From assembly GCA_027317865.1 (NCBI GenBank), contig DAHVQG010000004.1:96001-160000 (forward strand): a DNA stretch of 64,000 nucleotides, in the 5' to 3' direction. Below, piece after piece: positions 10,032 through 20,222 of this stretch. The notes under the pieces are model-generated. The model did no database searches. It had not been told where the DNA came from and worked only from the letters and a program-made list of their open reading frames with translations. The position numbers and the translations under genes were made by a program. Every line of letters starts with the position of its first letter. The stretch's first letter is position 1. This DNA is from Bdellovibrionales bacterium (GTDB taxonomy: Bacteria; Bdellovibrionota; Bdellovibrionia; Bdellovibrionales; UBA1609).

Positions 10032-10885
10032 CGGCGATGTACCCACATCCATTGTTCAGGATGCTCGCGCACCCATTCTTCAATCTTGTCACAGTAGCGT
10101 TGGGTGTTCACCTGGATATTTCGGTCTTTATCACCCGTGTCGACGTAAGGGATTTCGGCCTCGAAAGCAACTGCCGTACGCCCATTCGGCAAACGATACG
10201 TCAACGCCGGTATGACCGGTGCGCGCGACCGCTCTACAAGAATCGCCAGTCCCATTGGCGTGCCGGTCTCACGGCCAAAAAACTTTGTTTTGATACCGAT
10301 GGGTGGCCCCAAAAACTGATCGAGCATAAAACCCACTATTTCGTTTTTCTTGAGTTTCTTCAATATGGTCAGGCTCGACTTGCGATCGGGAATCAAATCG
10401 AGACCAAACCGTTGCCGCGTTCGAAACCAAAAATCATTGAGCGCGCGCCATTTGAATTCTTTGGTAATTGACGACAGTCGCATACCGTTCAGCGCGAAGG
10501 CAACAGTTGCCCAATCACCATTGCCGATATGTGAGATCAGAAGAAAAGCGCCTTTCCCCCCCTTAACCGCGTTTTGCAAATTTTCGATGCCTTTGACATC
10601 GAAATGATCGGCGTAATCATCAAGTTCAGCCGTTGGGAGCCGCAAAAACTCCACAAAGGAGCGACCGAGGTGACACACTGACGCTCGCGCAACTTTGACC
10701 CTCCGACTCTCAGGCCAATCTGGAAAACAATGCCGCAAATTATCCAGCGCCACGCGCCGGCGAATGCGAAGGACGTCAAACCAAATGAGTCCAAGAAAAT
10801 CACCAATCGCCATTTGCGCAAACAGCGGCACGCGGTTGATTATTTGCGAGATCAAATTAATGAACACGCTCGAGAATTTTTTCAT
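10010..10885 (-). CDS. lpxL: Lipid A late acyltransferase (LpxL/HtrB family)
   Basis: VALDNL...FPD, SHIGNGD (HxxxxD/E), MLDQ, FFG and PEQWMWVHRRWK. Confidence 0.88.
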   Translation of the reverse strand: MKKFSSVFINLISQIINRVPLFAQMAIGDFLGLIWFDVLRIRRRVALDNLRHCFPDWPESRRVKVARASVCHLGRSFVEFLRLPTAELDDYADHFDVKGIENLQNAVKGGKGAFLLISHIGNGDWATVAFALNGMRLSSITKEFKWRALNDFWFRTRQRFGLDLIPDRKSSLTILKKLKKNEIVGFMLDQFLGPPIGIKTKFFGRETGTPMGLAILVERSRAPVIPALTYRLPNGRTAVAFEAEIPYVDTGDKDRNIQVNTQRYCDKIEEWVREHPEQWMWVHRRWKEFRQ

Positions 10886-12002
10886 ATAGCCATTTGACCC
10901 TTAAACTTAATTTTGGCCGTAGTTCGGACTTCCAAAAAAAATCCCCGTCTTGCCGGTCTCGTTTCAAAAACTCGCGCAATTTCACGGCGTCTTTTTCGGT
11001 CGTCACGACCCGTTTGACCTTGCGATCTCGCGACTCGGACAAAATCTTCTCGAATTCTCCACGCGTGTACCGATGATGGTCGCGAAATTTAAAATGCTTT
11101 TTCACATCTAAATTTTTGGCAACAAGGGCCTCAAACGCGGCCGGATTGCCAATGCCCGAAACCAAAGTGACAGGTTCAAATTCGTGCAGTTCTTCGGCGC
11201 GTTCGTCATCCAATCGAATCAGCCGGCGAACGTGGTACTCGGATTCTATGACCGGCGTAGAACGGCCGTCTAATATTTCATCGATGAATTCAATTACATT
11301 CTGCTTTTGCTCAGGTGACACCAAATTCACTTTATTAAGAATAATGCAGCTTGCGCGTCGCAAAGATTTTATATTTTCACGACCGCGCCCCGCCGGGATC
11401 ACTGAATAATTTTTAAGCGGCTCCGTACAGTCAATTATGACAATATCGATGTCGCGATGGAGTTGCCGGTGTTGAAATGCATCATCGGCAAAAATCAAGC
11501 GTACGTCAGGATGGGCATTTAAAAGTTCGCGCGTGACGGCCATGCGCTTATTCCCAACGTAAATCGGAACACCCGAAAATAAATTAGCCATCATCGTGGG
11601 TTCGTCACCGTACTCAGCCGGATTGGCACCTGGTTTTACGCGCGCAATCTTAGTTTCAAATTCGCCTTTATATCCGCGCGAAATCACAGCCGGACTCAGG
11701 TGATTTTCAACGGCCCATCGCAACAGCTCACAAACAATAGGTGTTTTACCGGTCCCGCCTAAAGTGAGATTACCGACGCTAACAACTGTGACGCCGGCAT
11801 CTTGGGCCCGGAAAATTTTGCGGTCATAAAGCCAATTGCGAATATTCATCACCGACGAGTAAAGCGCGCTCAGAGGACATGCCAACAATCTAAGCAAGGT
11901 ACTGATCGAGAATATGGGCGACGCGGGCCGTGGCACCTTTGTCTCCAAGTAGCTCCTTCGTTCGGCCAAGCTCTTGCGAAACTTGCCGGTAATGAATTTC
12001 AT
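10857..12002 (-). CDS. lpxK: Tetraacyldisaccharide 4'-kinase (true start may be nearer 11888)
   Basis: VGNLTLGGTGKTP, SRGY, GDEP, DDAFQH, FRDHH and TEKDAVK. Confidence 0.93.
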   Translation of the reverse strand: MKFITGKFRKSLAERRSYLETKVPRPASPIFSISTLLRLLACPLSALYSSVMNIRNWLYDRKIFRAQDAGVTVVSVGNLTLGGTGKTPIVCELLRWAVENHLSPAVISRGYKGEFETKIARVKPGANPAEYGDEPTMMANLFSGVPIYVGNKRMAVTRELLNAHPDVRLIFADDAFQHRQLHRDIDIVIIDCTEPLKNYSVIPAGRGRENIKSLRRASCIILNKVNLVSPEQKQNVIEFIDEILDGRSTPVIESEYHVRRLIRLDDERAEELHEFEPVTLVSGIGNPAAFEALVAKNLDVKKHFKFRDHHRYTRGEFEKILSESRDRKVKRVVTTEKDAVKLREFLKRDRQDGDFFWKSELRPKLSLRVKWLYEKILERVH

Positions 12003-13056
12003 CGTACAACAGCGTAGTCAATTCGCTTTTTAAGCGTTCAGGATTCGCTTGCTCTTGAAATAACTCTGGAACCGCCGCCTTGCCAAGAATCAAATTAATT
12101 AATCCGAAAAATGCCGTACCCTTTACAAACCGTCTTGCAACCCACGCCGTGACCCGGTTCATTTTATACATAACCACCATAGGCCGCTTCATCAGCCCCA
12201 CAACTAGCGTGGCCGTCCCAGATGCACACAGTACAACATCGGTTAAACGAACCATGCGCAATGGCTCGTCCTTCATAAAGATCAACGGAATGCCGATTGC
12301 CGGCATAAAAGCCTTCATATCTTCAACCGATACGGTCGGGGCCAGCAACAGTGCGAATTTCAGCGCCGGATCATCTCGGTGCAAGAGTTCCGCGGTCTTT
12401 AGTTGCGTGGCCAAATGATGTTGGAGTTCGGACGGCCGGCTCCCAGGCATTAGCCCGACAACCTTTTCCGTATCAGAAATTCCGTATTTGTTTCGCCACC
12501 TTTTGCGTTCCTCAGAATCCAGCAAATCCGGCGATATTTCATCGAGGAGCGGATGCCCAACGAACTCGACGTCCATGCCGTGCTCTTTGAAAAACGGCTT
12601 CTCAAAGGGCAAAATGACGAGCATTTGGTCAACGCATTTTTTGATTTGTTCGACTCGTGACGTGCGCCAAGCCCAAACTTGGGGCGAGATATAATAGACG
12701 ATGCGAAATCCGCACGATTTGAGTTTTTTCGCGAGTCGCAAATTAAACCCGGGATAATCGAGAAGCAATACGAATTTCGGTTGCCGCTTTTTCGCCGCCT
12801 CGATGAGGCGCCAAAATACTTGGCGAATATCCCCGAAATGTTTGAGTACTTCGGTGAGACCGACGACCGCCATTTCTTCGGAGCGGCCAATCGCTTCAAA
12901 TCCGAGACGTTCCATTTCACGGCTACCAACGCCAAAGGCCCGAATGTTACGATCTTGTTTTTGCCAATATTCAAGCAGCCTTTGTGCGTACAGGCAGCTC
13001 GATGCTTCGGCGGCAACGATCATAACCTCAATGGTGTCGTTTTTCGATTGTGCCAA
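11890..13056 (-). CDS. lpxB: Lipid A disaccharide synthase
   Basis: AAEASS, DYPGFNLRLA, YYISPQVWAWR, FVGHPL, PGSR, SGTATL and PELFQ. TTG start at 13056 with a GGAG RBS. Confidence 0.95.
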   Translation of the reverse strand: MAQSKNDTIEVMIVAAEASSCLYAQRLLEYWQKQDRNIRAFGVGSREMERLGFEAIGRSEEMAVVGLTEVLKHFGDIRQVFWRLIEAAKKRQPKFVLLLDYPGFNLRLAKKLKSCGFRIVYYISPQVWAWRTSRVEQIKKCVDQMLVILPFEKPFFKEHGMDVEFVGHPLLDEISPDLLDSEERKRWRNKYGISDTEKVVGLMPGSRPSELQHHLATQLKTAELLHRDDPALKFALLLAPTVSVEDMKAFMPAIGIPLIFMKDEPLRMVRLTDVVLCASGTATLVVGLMKRPMVVMYKMNRVTAWVARRFVKGTAFFGLINLILGKAAVPELFQEQANPERLKSELTTLLYDEIHYRQVSQELGRTKELLGDKGATARVAHILDQYLA

Positions 13057-13975
13057 TGATTTGCTCCGCCAGCCGAAGCGCGCGCAGGCCGTCTTCACCA
13101 GTCACGACACACGGTTTGTTTAATAAACAAGAATCAATAAAGGATTGGGTTTCAGCAAGCAACGCATCGCCTTTTTCAAGACTCCAAGAATCCATATCTA
13201 TGGGAGGCGCCCCCTCACCATTCCACTCACCGGTCTTAGTGAAAAGGCGGACCTCGCCTGAACCAAAATCCATCGTCAGATATTGCGAATCTTGAAACAC
13301 ACGAAATTTTCTCTGGCTGTTGAGGCTGATTCGCGATGCCGTGACGTTGGCAACCGCTCCCGATGCAAATTCAATTCTGGCGTTTGCGATATCTTGAGTA
13401 TGCGTAATGACCGGCGTACCAACGGCCGCGACTGAAACCGGCTCACTTTTTGTTAGATGCAAAATCATGTCTAGATCATGAATCATAAGATCCAGTACAA
13501 CATTCACGTCAACTCCGCGCGGTTTAAACGGAGCGAGGCGATGACATTCGATAAACAATGGCTTATTCAGTTTTGCCTCAGCCGACTGTAAGGCGGGGTT
13601 AAATCTCTCCACATGCCCCACTTGAAGTTTCAAATTCTTTTTCGCCGCAAGTTCGCACAAGCTTTCGGCCTCACGGCTTGTTGTGGTAATCGGCTTTTCA
13701 ACATGAACATGAATACCGTTTTCAAGCAGCATCTTTGCGATTTCAAAATGCGACGACGTAGTTGACGCAACCGTCACCGCATCCACTTGACCGATAAGAT
13801 CTTCAAGCTTTGAAAATGCCGAAACACTTAGTTCGCGCGCCACTTCATCAGCGCGGGCCGGATTCGAGTCATATACACCCATTAGTTTGCAACGATCGAT
13901 CAACTTATATTTTTGCGCGTGAAAGCGGCCGAGGTAGCCTACGCCGACCACTGCTGTTCGCAACTTCGAAGTCAT
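13028..13975 (-). CDS. gnnA: Gfo/Idh/MocA oxidoreductase, probable UDP-GlcNAc 3-dehydrogenase (GnnA)
   Basis: GVGYLGRFHAQKY, EKP, VGHVERFNPA and DLMIHD; lies between lpxA and lpxB, as gnnA does in Acidithiobacillus. Confidence 0.8.
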   Translation of the reverse strand: MTSKLRTAVVGVGYLGRFHAQKYKLIDRCKLMGVYDSNPARADEVARELSVSAFSKLEDLIGQVDAVTVASTTSSHFEIAKMLLENGIHVHVEKPITTTSREAESLCELAAKKNLKLQVGHVERFNPALQSAEAKLNKPLFIECHRLAPFKPRGVDVNVVLDLMIHDLDMILHLTKSEPVSVAAVGTPVITHTQDIANARIEFASGAVANVTASRISLNSQRKFRVFQDSQYLTMDFGSGEVRLFTKTGEWNGEGAPPIDMDSWSLEKGDALLAETQSFIDSCLLNKPCVVTGEDGLRALRLAEQIIGTIEKRHH

Positions 13976-14769
13976 CGCGCCACCCCGAATTTTGAGTTCT
14001 CTATGAAATTAATCAGATGCCGGATGTGGTCGCTTGCTTTGCACTCGCTCGTAATTTTCTGCAAAGATTCTTCTATAGTGCGGTCGCCCATAACTATAAA
14101 TCGAATGGCACGCGCAATATTTTCGATTTCATCCTTTGAGTACCCGGCCCGTTGCAAACCAATTTTATTTGTAGCACGGCATCGGGCCATTTCACTGCCT
14201 TCAGCAATTGTATAAGGCAACACGTCCTTTCGGATATGACTGGCGCCGCCCACATAGGCAAACCGGCCAACACGTGCAAACTGAACAATCCCGCACATTC
14301 CGCCGATATGCACGTGTTCTTCAACCGTCACGTGACCGGCAAACTGACAGCCATTTGCAACAACGACATGATCGCCAATTTGACAATCGTGCGCCACGTG
14401 AACGTAAGACATGAGCATACAGTGGTTGCCGATTCGCGTAACCCCGCCGCCTTTCACCGTCCCACAGTTGATGGTTACAAATTCTCGAAAAATGTTGTGA
14501 TTACCAATTTCAAGTTTCGTCGGGTCGTTTTTGTAAGACAAATCTTGCGGCGGCCCCCCAACCATCGCCCCCGGCAAAAAATTATTATTTTCACCGATAC
14601 TCACTACGGTTGAACTTGAACCAATGGTGACATGAGAATTTATAACGGTATTTTTGCCGATGCGGACGCGCCCTTTCACAACGGAATAAGGACCAATAAC
14701 TACACCCGAATCGAGCTCAACATCATTTTCAACGACCGCGGTGGGATGAATAGAAGTCGTCGTGCTCAT
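13972..14769 (-). CDS. lpxA: UDP-N-acetylglucosamine acyltransferase
   Basis: Hexapeptide repeats, PQDLSY, REFVTI, HVAHDC and NKIGLQRAG. Confidence 0.95.
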   Translation of the reverse strand: MSTTTSIHPTAVVENDVELDSGVVIGPYSVVKGRVRIGKNTVINSHVTIGSSSTVVSIGENNNFLPGAMVGGPPQDLSYKNDPTKLEIGNHNIFREFVTINCGTVKGGGVTRIGNHCMLMSYVHVAHDCQIGDHVVVANGCQFAGHVTVEEHVHIGGMCGIVQFARVGRFAYVGGASHIRKDVLPYTIAEGSEMARCRATNKIGLQRAGYSKDEIENIARAIRFIVMGDRTIEESLQKITSECKASDHIRHLINFIENSKFGVAR

Positions 14770-15242
14770 TGTTCCTTCCCCTCAAATCGAACGGTGGCCA
14801 AAATTTCGGTTTCGGCAATCAACGTTTCGCCGACGCGGGAGCAAACTTTGCACGCAAAAAAGTGCCCGCGATCTTTGACCACTTCAGCATCAATAATCAA
14901 CTGGTCGCCCGGTATTACAGGAGCGTGAAACCGAACTTCACCAATCCGAGCGATGGCCACTTCAACTTGCGGGTCACCCGGCCGACGGCACGCAATTGCT
15001 CCCGCCTGCGCCATCGCTTCGAGTATCAATACCCCCGGCATTACCGGACGGTTCGGAAAGTGACCAGCAAAAAACCACTCATTAAACGTGACGTTTTTTA
15101 CGGCCTGCACGCGGCGTCCAACCCGCTTATCTCCGCCGGGGTCTTGAACATCTAAAACCCGATCGATCAGCACAAACGGATGCCGATGCGGAAGCATCCG
15201 TAAAATGTCATCTATAAGAATAGCCTCAGTGTTTTTTCTCAA
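14766..15242 (-). CDS. fabZ: 3-hydroxyacyl-ACP dehydratase
   Basis: LPHRHPFVLIDR, KNVTFNE and GHFP.RPVMPGVLILEAMAQ. Confidence 0.95.
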   Translation of the reverse strand: MRKNTEAILIDDILRMLPHRHPFVLIDRVLDVQDPGGDKRVGRRVQAVKNVTFNEWFFAGHFPNRPVMPGVLILEAMAQAGAIACRRPGDPQVEVAIARIGEVRFHAPVIPGDQLIIDAEVVKDRGHFFACKVCSRVGETLIAETEILATVRFEGKEQ

Positions 15243-15768
15243 GGGCTTTTATCACTTTATTCGTAATATCAATTCGGCTGGAAGCCCAAACTAAGTCTTG
15301 GTCGTCCTTATGAAAAATCGCCGTGTATCCGCCTTTTCTCGCAATCTCGTCAATGACTTTGCCGAGACGCTTAAGAAGCGGTTTTGACAACTCCTGATCA
15401 CGCTTGGCGAGCGCTTTCAGGTTTTGATCACGAAGTTCAAAAAACTGCATTTTTGCTTTTTCGATTTTTTGTTCTTGTTGCGCGCGAGCTTGGTCCGATA
15501 GCAGGAGATTTCTTTTCTCAAAATTCTTTTCCATATCGACTATAGCATCTTTGCGTTTTTCGAGCTCCGCTTTGCGCCTTTGAAAATCAGCGTCCAATTC
15601 TTTTTTTATCCGTTGGCCTTCTTTAGTCGCTTGAATGGCACGCGGGATATCCACCACGCCTATTTTTTCATCGGCCAAAGCCTTAGGTGAAAAACTCACA
15701 ACCAAAACTGTTGTTGCCAATATAGCAGCCAGGGCAATGCCACCCAAACGAGTTAAACCGAATTTCAT
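15226..15768 (-). CDS. skp: Periplasmic chaperone Skp/OmpH
   Basis: Signal peptide, KIGVVD, coiled coil and C-terminal DITNKVI; directly follows bamA. Confidence 0.92.
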   Translation of the reverse strand: MKFGLTRLGGIALAAILATTVLVVSFSPKALADEKIGVVDIPRAIQATKEGQRIKKELDADFQRRKAELEKRKDAIVDMEKNFEKRNLLLSDQARAQQEQKIEKAKMQFFELRDQNLKALAKRDQELSKPLLKRLGKVIDEIARKGGYTAIFHKDDQDLVWASSRIDITNKVIKALEKKH

Positions 15769-15858
15769 AATTTTTAGCTCCTTTTTGTGCTAGCCGCACA
15801 CTTATTGGGGGATCTTACTCGTAAGATTTGCGCTGAATCAACAAAAATGGTGACCGAT

Positions 15859-18225
15859 TTAAAACGGTGACCCGATCGCAAACTGAAAGTCCACGGGCTT
15901 TTCACCGTAAATGGCTTGGCGGTCAAACGGCAAACCAAACTCAAAACGCAGCGGTCCAATAGGCGAAAACCACCTGAAGCCAAATCCCCAATCGCTCCTA
16001 AATTCGCTTAAAATCAAGCTATCATCGGCATAGCCCACATCGTAAAATACAACTCCCTTGACGGCTGCCTCCGGGATCAACGGAAACTCAAACTCCAAAT
16101 TGTAGTAGAGTTCTTGCGTGCCACCGAATGGTTTAAACGCTAACAGATACGCATTAGGTGAACCTGCCAGTTGATCGAATGCCACTTGTGAAAACTTTTT
16201 TCTGCCGATGGTAAACCAGTCGAAGCCGCGTAAAGTATTCGGACCACCTAACAAAAATAATTGGTTAAACGGTGGTGGCTCGCCGGATTTGTCTGAAGTA
16301 ATAATTCCGTACACAAGATTATTGCGCCAAATGATCTGCTTATACACCGGGAGTGGATGAAAATACCGGGCGTTAGCTATTGCCTTTGTATAGAACAAAT
16401 CGCCACCGAGTCCGGAGTATTCAACGTTCAACGAATCGTACATCCCCCGACTCGGTTCGAAACGGTCGTTACGAGTGTCGTATGCAAGCCCCGCAGTTAG
16501 GATACTTGCAATCCCGTTCGTGGTCGACGTCGGGAACAATGTCGGATCGCCCGAAGATGTCAGTTGAATATTCGTGCGTTCGACCTTGTAACCGATTGTA
16601 CCGCGCAAATACTGCGCAAGAGGATGCCCAACAGTAAAACCAACCCCGCGCTCGTTGTCGATGTACTCTAAATAATACATGTCGGTGTAAAAAATGTGAG
16701 TCCCGAGCAACCAATGGGTGTCCATAAAATAAGGGTTTGTAAAACTAAAATCGAAAATCTTCTCGTAGGAGCTGAGATTAACCGACAAGCCCAAAGTGTC
16801 GCCAAGGCCGAACAAGTTGATTTGCTGGATTTGCCCATTCAACAAAAACCCGCCAAAACTCGAATACCCGGCCCCAAGCTGAATCTGCCCCGTGTTGCGC
16901 TCTTTGACATGGACGTCGATATCCATAATGTTGGGGTGACCCGGCGGAGTGTGGGTATCGAAAGTCACGCTGCTGAAATAACCAAGACGTTTAATGTTCG
17001 CCAGCGATTCTCGTCTTTTTGTTTCGTTATACAATTCACCTTCGTAAATTCTCATTTCACGTCGAATGACTTTATCACGCGTTTTTGTATTGCCGATGAT
17101 ATTAATCTTACCGATATAAACCTTCGGCCCCTTGTCGATGTTAAACGTGATATCGACCCGCCGTTGTTTTACACGCGCACGCGTCTGCGGAATAATGTTG
17201 GCGTACGCATAACCCAAATCACCGTATTTCGCTTGAAGAGCCCGCAAGTCTTGCTGCAAAGTTTGATAAACAAAAATATGCCCGCTTTTTGTGTGAATCG
17301 ACTTGTAGAGTTCCCTGTCGGGGAACAGCAAATCGCCGGTAAAATTGACCTCGCCGACTCTGAACTTAGGACCTTCATGAACGCGTATTGTAATATAAAT
17401 ATATTTCTTATCCGGCGTGACGTAAACCTGCGGCCGGTCAATATGGGCTTGGATATACCCTTTGTTATAATACACCAGGTAATAGAGTAACTGGATGTCA
17501 CGATTAAATGTGTCTTGCTTAAATGAACCAGATCCCGAAATAAAACTGAAAAATCCGCCAACTTTCGTTTGCATGACGTTTCTCAATTCATTCGACGATA
17601 TGTGTTTATTACCAATAAATCGAATTTTTGCGACTTTGACTTTTCGATTTTCAACGATATGAAAAGTGAGAGTGGCGGTATTGTCTTTACCAGGCGTTGC
17701 TTCAGCCGTGACTTTTGCTAAGAAAAAGCCCTTATTTTCGTAAAGTTGCTGCAACTTTTTAACCGCGGTACGCACCTTAGCCATATCGAGAATTTCATAA
17801 GCCTTGAGATCAATGGCGCTTTTCAAGTCACTTGTGTCAACGGCATCGTTACCTTCGAATACAATTTTCGAAATCGTCGGCTTCTCTTTGACATAATAGG
17901 TTAGAATCGCCGTGCCGTTTATAATCTTCTCGCCTACTTCGATATCGATAAAAAATCCGGTCGCAAATATATGTTCGATATCCTGGCGAATTTGTTTGCG
18001 GTTAACCCGGTCCCCCACTTTCGAGCCAATTTGAGCGCGAATTGCCGAAGCTTCAATTTTACGGTTACCAACAATGACGATTTTTTGAATGATCGGCTGG
18101 AGCGGCTTTGCTCGGTACCGTGCCGCATAGGATTTGGCATTAAAACCCAGCAATACGCACGCCAGCACAACAGCTAAAATGATTAACGCGCTAAAATTGG
18201 ACTGACGGTCGTTCGAGATGTGCAA
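15859..18225 (-). CDS. bamA: Outer membrane protein assembly factor BamA
   Basis: POTRA repeats (GN..., TRDKVIRRE), LRGF motif and C-terminal SPIGPLRF...FQFAIGSPF. Confidence 0.96.
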   Translation of the reverse strand: MHISNDRQSNFSALIILAVVLACVLLGFNAKSYAARYRAKPLQPIIQKIVIVGNRKIEASAIRAQIGSKVGDRVNRKQIRQDIEHIFATGFFIDIEVGEKIINGTAILTYYVKEKPTISKIVFEGNDAVDTSDLKSAIDLKAYEILDMAKVRTAVKKLQQLYENKGFFLAKVTAEATPGKDNTATLTFHIVENRKVKVAKIRFIGNKHISSNELRNVMQTKVGGFFSFISGSGSFKQDTFNRDIQLLYYLVYYNKGYIQAHIDRPQVYVTPDKKYIYITIRVHEGPKFRVGEVNFTGDLLFPDRELYKSIHTKSGHIFVYQTLQQDLRALQAKYGDLGYAYANIIPQTRARVKQRRVDITFNIDKGPKVYIGKINIIGNTKTRDKVIRREMRIYEGELYNETKRRESLANIKRLGYFSSVTFDTHTPPGHPNIMDIDVHVKERNTGQIQLGAGYSSFGGFLLNGQIQQINLFGLGDTLGLSVNLSSYEKIFDFSFTNPYFMDTHWLLGTHIFYTDMYYLEYIDNERGVGFTVGHPLAQYLRGTIGYKVERTNIQLTSSGDPTLFPTSTTNGIASILTAGLAYDTRNDRFEPSRGMYDSLNVEYSGLGGDLFYTKAIANARYFHPLPVYKQIIWRNNLVYGIITSDKSGEPPPFNQLFLLGGPNTLRGFDWFTIGRKKFSQVAFDQLAGSPNAYLLAFKPFGGTQELYYNLEFEFPLIPEAAVKGVVFYDVGYADDSLILSEFRSDWGFGFRWFSPIGPLRFEFGLPFDRQAIYGEKPVDFQFAIGSPF

Positions 18226-18298
18226 GCTTGCAGTTCCCCTGGCCCTACTAATTTGACTAACAAAAACCTATCCAACAAAGCGCGATTGACGATTGAAG

Positions 18299-18973
18299 TC
18301 AATTCCAATGACCATCTTTTAGAACCATTCTCCGCGGAAAGCGCGACGCAAAGTTCACGTCGTGAGTAACAACCACCAGTGTGAGGCCAAACTTCAGGCG
18401 AAATTGAAAAAATAGCTCCTGAATCTGTTCGCTGTTTTGCGTATCGAGGTTGCCCGTCGGCTCATCCGCCAACAGAATCTTGGGTCGTTGAACCAGGGCC
18501 CGAGCCACAGCGATGCGTTGTTGCTCACCTCCGCTGAGCTCTGACGGGAAGTGGTCGCTCCGGTCTTCTAATCCCAATAGTTGCAAAAGCTCCAAGGCGT
18601 GCTCACGCGCTTTCGACTCGGATTGGCCCGCAAAGCGTGCCGGCAGCATCACATTCTCTAGTGCTGAAAATTCTGAAAGAAGATGATGAAACTGGAAAAC
18701 AAAACCAATTTCTTGATTACGAAAACGCGCTAAATGCTCGTCCGGCTCCTTGGCCATGTCCTTACCGTTGAACAAGACACGGCCTTCAGTGGGGCGATCG
18801 AGCGTGCCTAAAATGTGCAAAAGCGTACTTTTACCCGCACCCGAAGCTCCCAAAATACAAACCGCCTGGCCCGCATAAACGTCGAAATCAATTTGCTGCA
18901 AAACTTCGAGTTTCGAATCCCCGCGTTCATAAATTTTGCTGACCTTGTCGAGACGCAAAAGTGGTTCACTCAT
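18299..18973 (-). CDS. lolD: Lipoprotein-releasing ABC transporter ATPase
   Basis: GASGAGKST, GFVFQFHHLL, LSGGEQQR and DEPTGNLD. Confidence 0.93.
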   Translation of the reverse strand: MSEPLLRLDKVSKIYERGDSKLEVLQQIDFDVYAGQAVCILGASGAGKSTLLHILGTLDRPTEGRVLFNGKDMAKEPDEHLARFRNQEIGFVFQFHHLLSEFSALENVMLPARFAGQSESKAREHALELLQLLGLEDRSDHFPSELSGGEQQRIAVARALVQRPKILLADEPTGNLDTQNSEQIQELFFQFRLKFGLTLVVVTHDVNFASRFPRRMVLKDGHWN

Positions 18974-20222
18974 AGCGTAGACCTTCTACTGGATTCAATT
19001 TTGCTCCTCGTCGCGCCGGCGCAAGAGTCGCCACGTAACAAATGACCAGCGTCACCAAAAGAATCACCGCCATGTCCGTTTTGCGGATCTGCAAAACGAC
19101 GTGATCGAGCTTATAAACTTTGCCCGGAAAAAGTCCATAAACTGTTTCAAGCTTTAGAAAAATGCGGCAGCCGATCCAACCCAAAAGAACGCCGAAGGCC
19201 GAGCCTGCGGCCCCGATCACAAGCCCCTGCGTCGTAAACAATTGACGGACAAATTTTTTACTTACTCCCATAGCCCGCAAAATACTCATTTGCGAATAAC
19301 GCCGTACAACAGTGAGATACAGCGTGCTCGCCACATTGAACGCAGCGGCAATCTCCATGAGTAAAACAATAATGAAAATAACGACCTTTTCATATTGCAC
19401 AGCTTCAAATAAATTGCGGTTGGGGTCGCGCCAAGAGCGAACCCAGTAATTTGGACCCAATTGATCTTCTAGCGCCGTCGCGGCCGGTATGGCATCGCGA
19501 GCATGGGCCAAACGAATTCGCCAGCCAGAGATTCTCCCCGGCATATCCGAAAAATTTTGGGCTGATCGCAAATCCGTAACAATATAGCGGTCGTCAAAAT
19601 CGGAACGCCCCAGGCCGAGAACGCCACGCACAACAAACTTTTGCACTTTAGGCGTGAAACTCGCAGTCCCGTATCCGGTGGATATGGGCACAACTAGATT
19701 GAAAATCTCGCCAATTTTCAATGCAAATTTGCGCGCAATCCCTTTGCCGATAATCGCCGCGGGGATCCGCTTGCCGTTGGCCTGCTCATCCGCCAAATCG
19801 AAACGACCACGAATAATTCGCTTTTGAATGGCAATGACTTTAGCAGATGTTTTTGGATCAACCCCTTCAAGCAAAATTCCCGAAAGTTTTTTGTTGTGAA
19901 CAATCAGCCCCTCGACCATCAAAAACGGCGTCGAAGCTTTGTACGCTGGTAAATACGATTTTATTTTTTTTAAAACTTGCCGCTCCTGGGAGGGGCGCGC
20001 GAAACCGCCGCGCCGAACGATCATCAAATGCCCCTCCATATCAACGAGCGTATCTCGCAGAGTCGTTTCATAACCGCTCACAACCGCCATCGAGATCATA
20101 AGTGCTGCGACGCCGAGAGCGATACCTGTTACCGCCAATATAATATTGGGATTTAAAAACCGGCGCCCTTCGCGCAGATAACGCCAAACCATCCATATTC
20201 TCAGCCGAGTCGTACTTTTCAC
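18966..20222 (-). CDS. lolC: Lipoprotein-releasing ABC transporter permease (LolC/E type)
   Basis: RYL, GIALGVAAL, ILRAMG and PARRGAKLNPVEGLRYE. Confidence 0.88.
   Translation of the reverse strand: MKSTTRLRIWMVWRYLREGRRFLNPNIILAVTGIALGVAALMISMAVVSGYETTLRDTLVDMEGHLMIVRRGGFARPSQERQVLKKIKSYLPAYKASTPFLMVEGLIVHNKKLSGILLEGVDPKTSAKVIAIQKRIIRGRFDLADEQANGKRIPAAIIGKGIARKFALKIGEIFNLVVPISTGYGTASFTPKVQKFVVRGVLGLGRSDFDDRYIVTDLRSAQNFSDMPGRISGWRIRLAHARDAIPAATALEDQLGPNYWVRSWRDPNRNLFEAVQYEKVVIFIIVLLMEIAAAFNVASTLYLTVVRRYSQMSILRAMGVSKKFVRQLFTTQGLVIGAAGSAFGVLLGWIGCRIFLKLETVYGLFPGKVYKLDHVVLQIRKTDMAVILLVTLVICYVATLAPARRGAKLNPVEGLRYE

Noticed and set aside
16696-17490. 264-aa + strand ORF
   Set aside because: Antisense shadow of bamA with no recognisable motifs.
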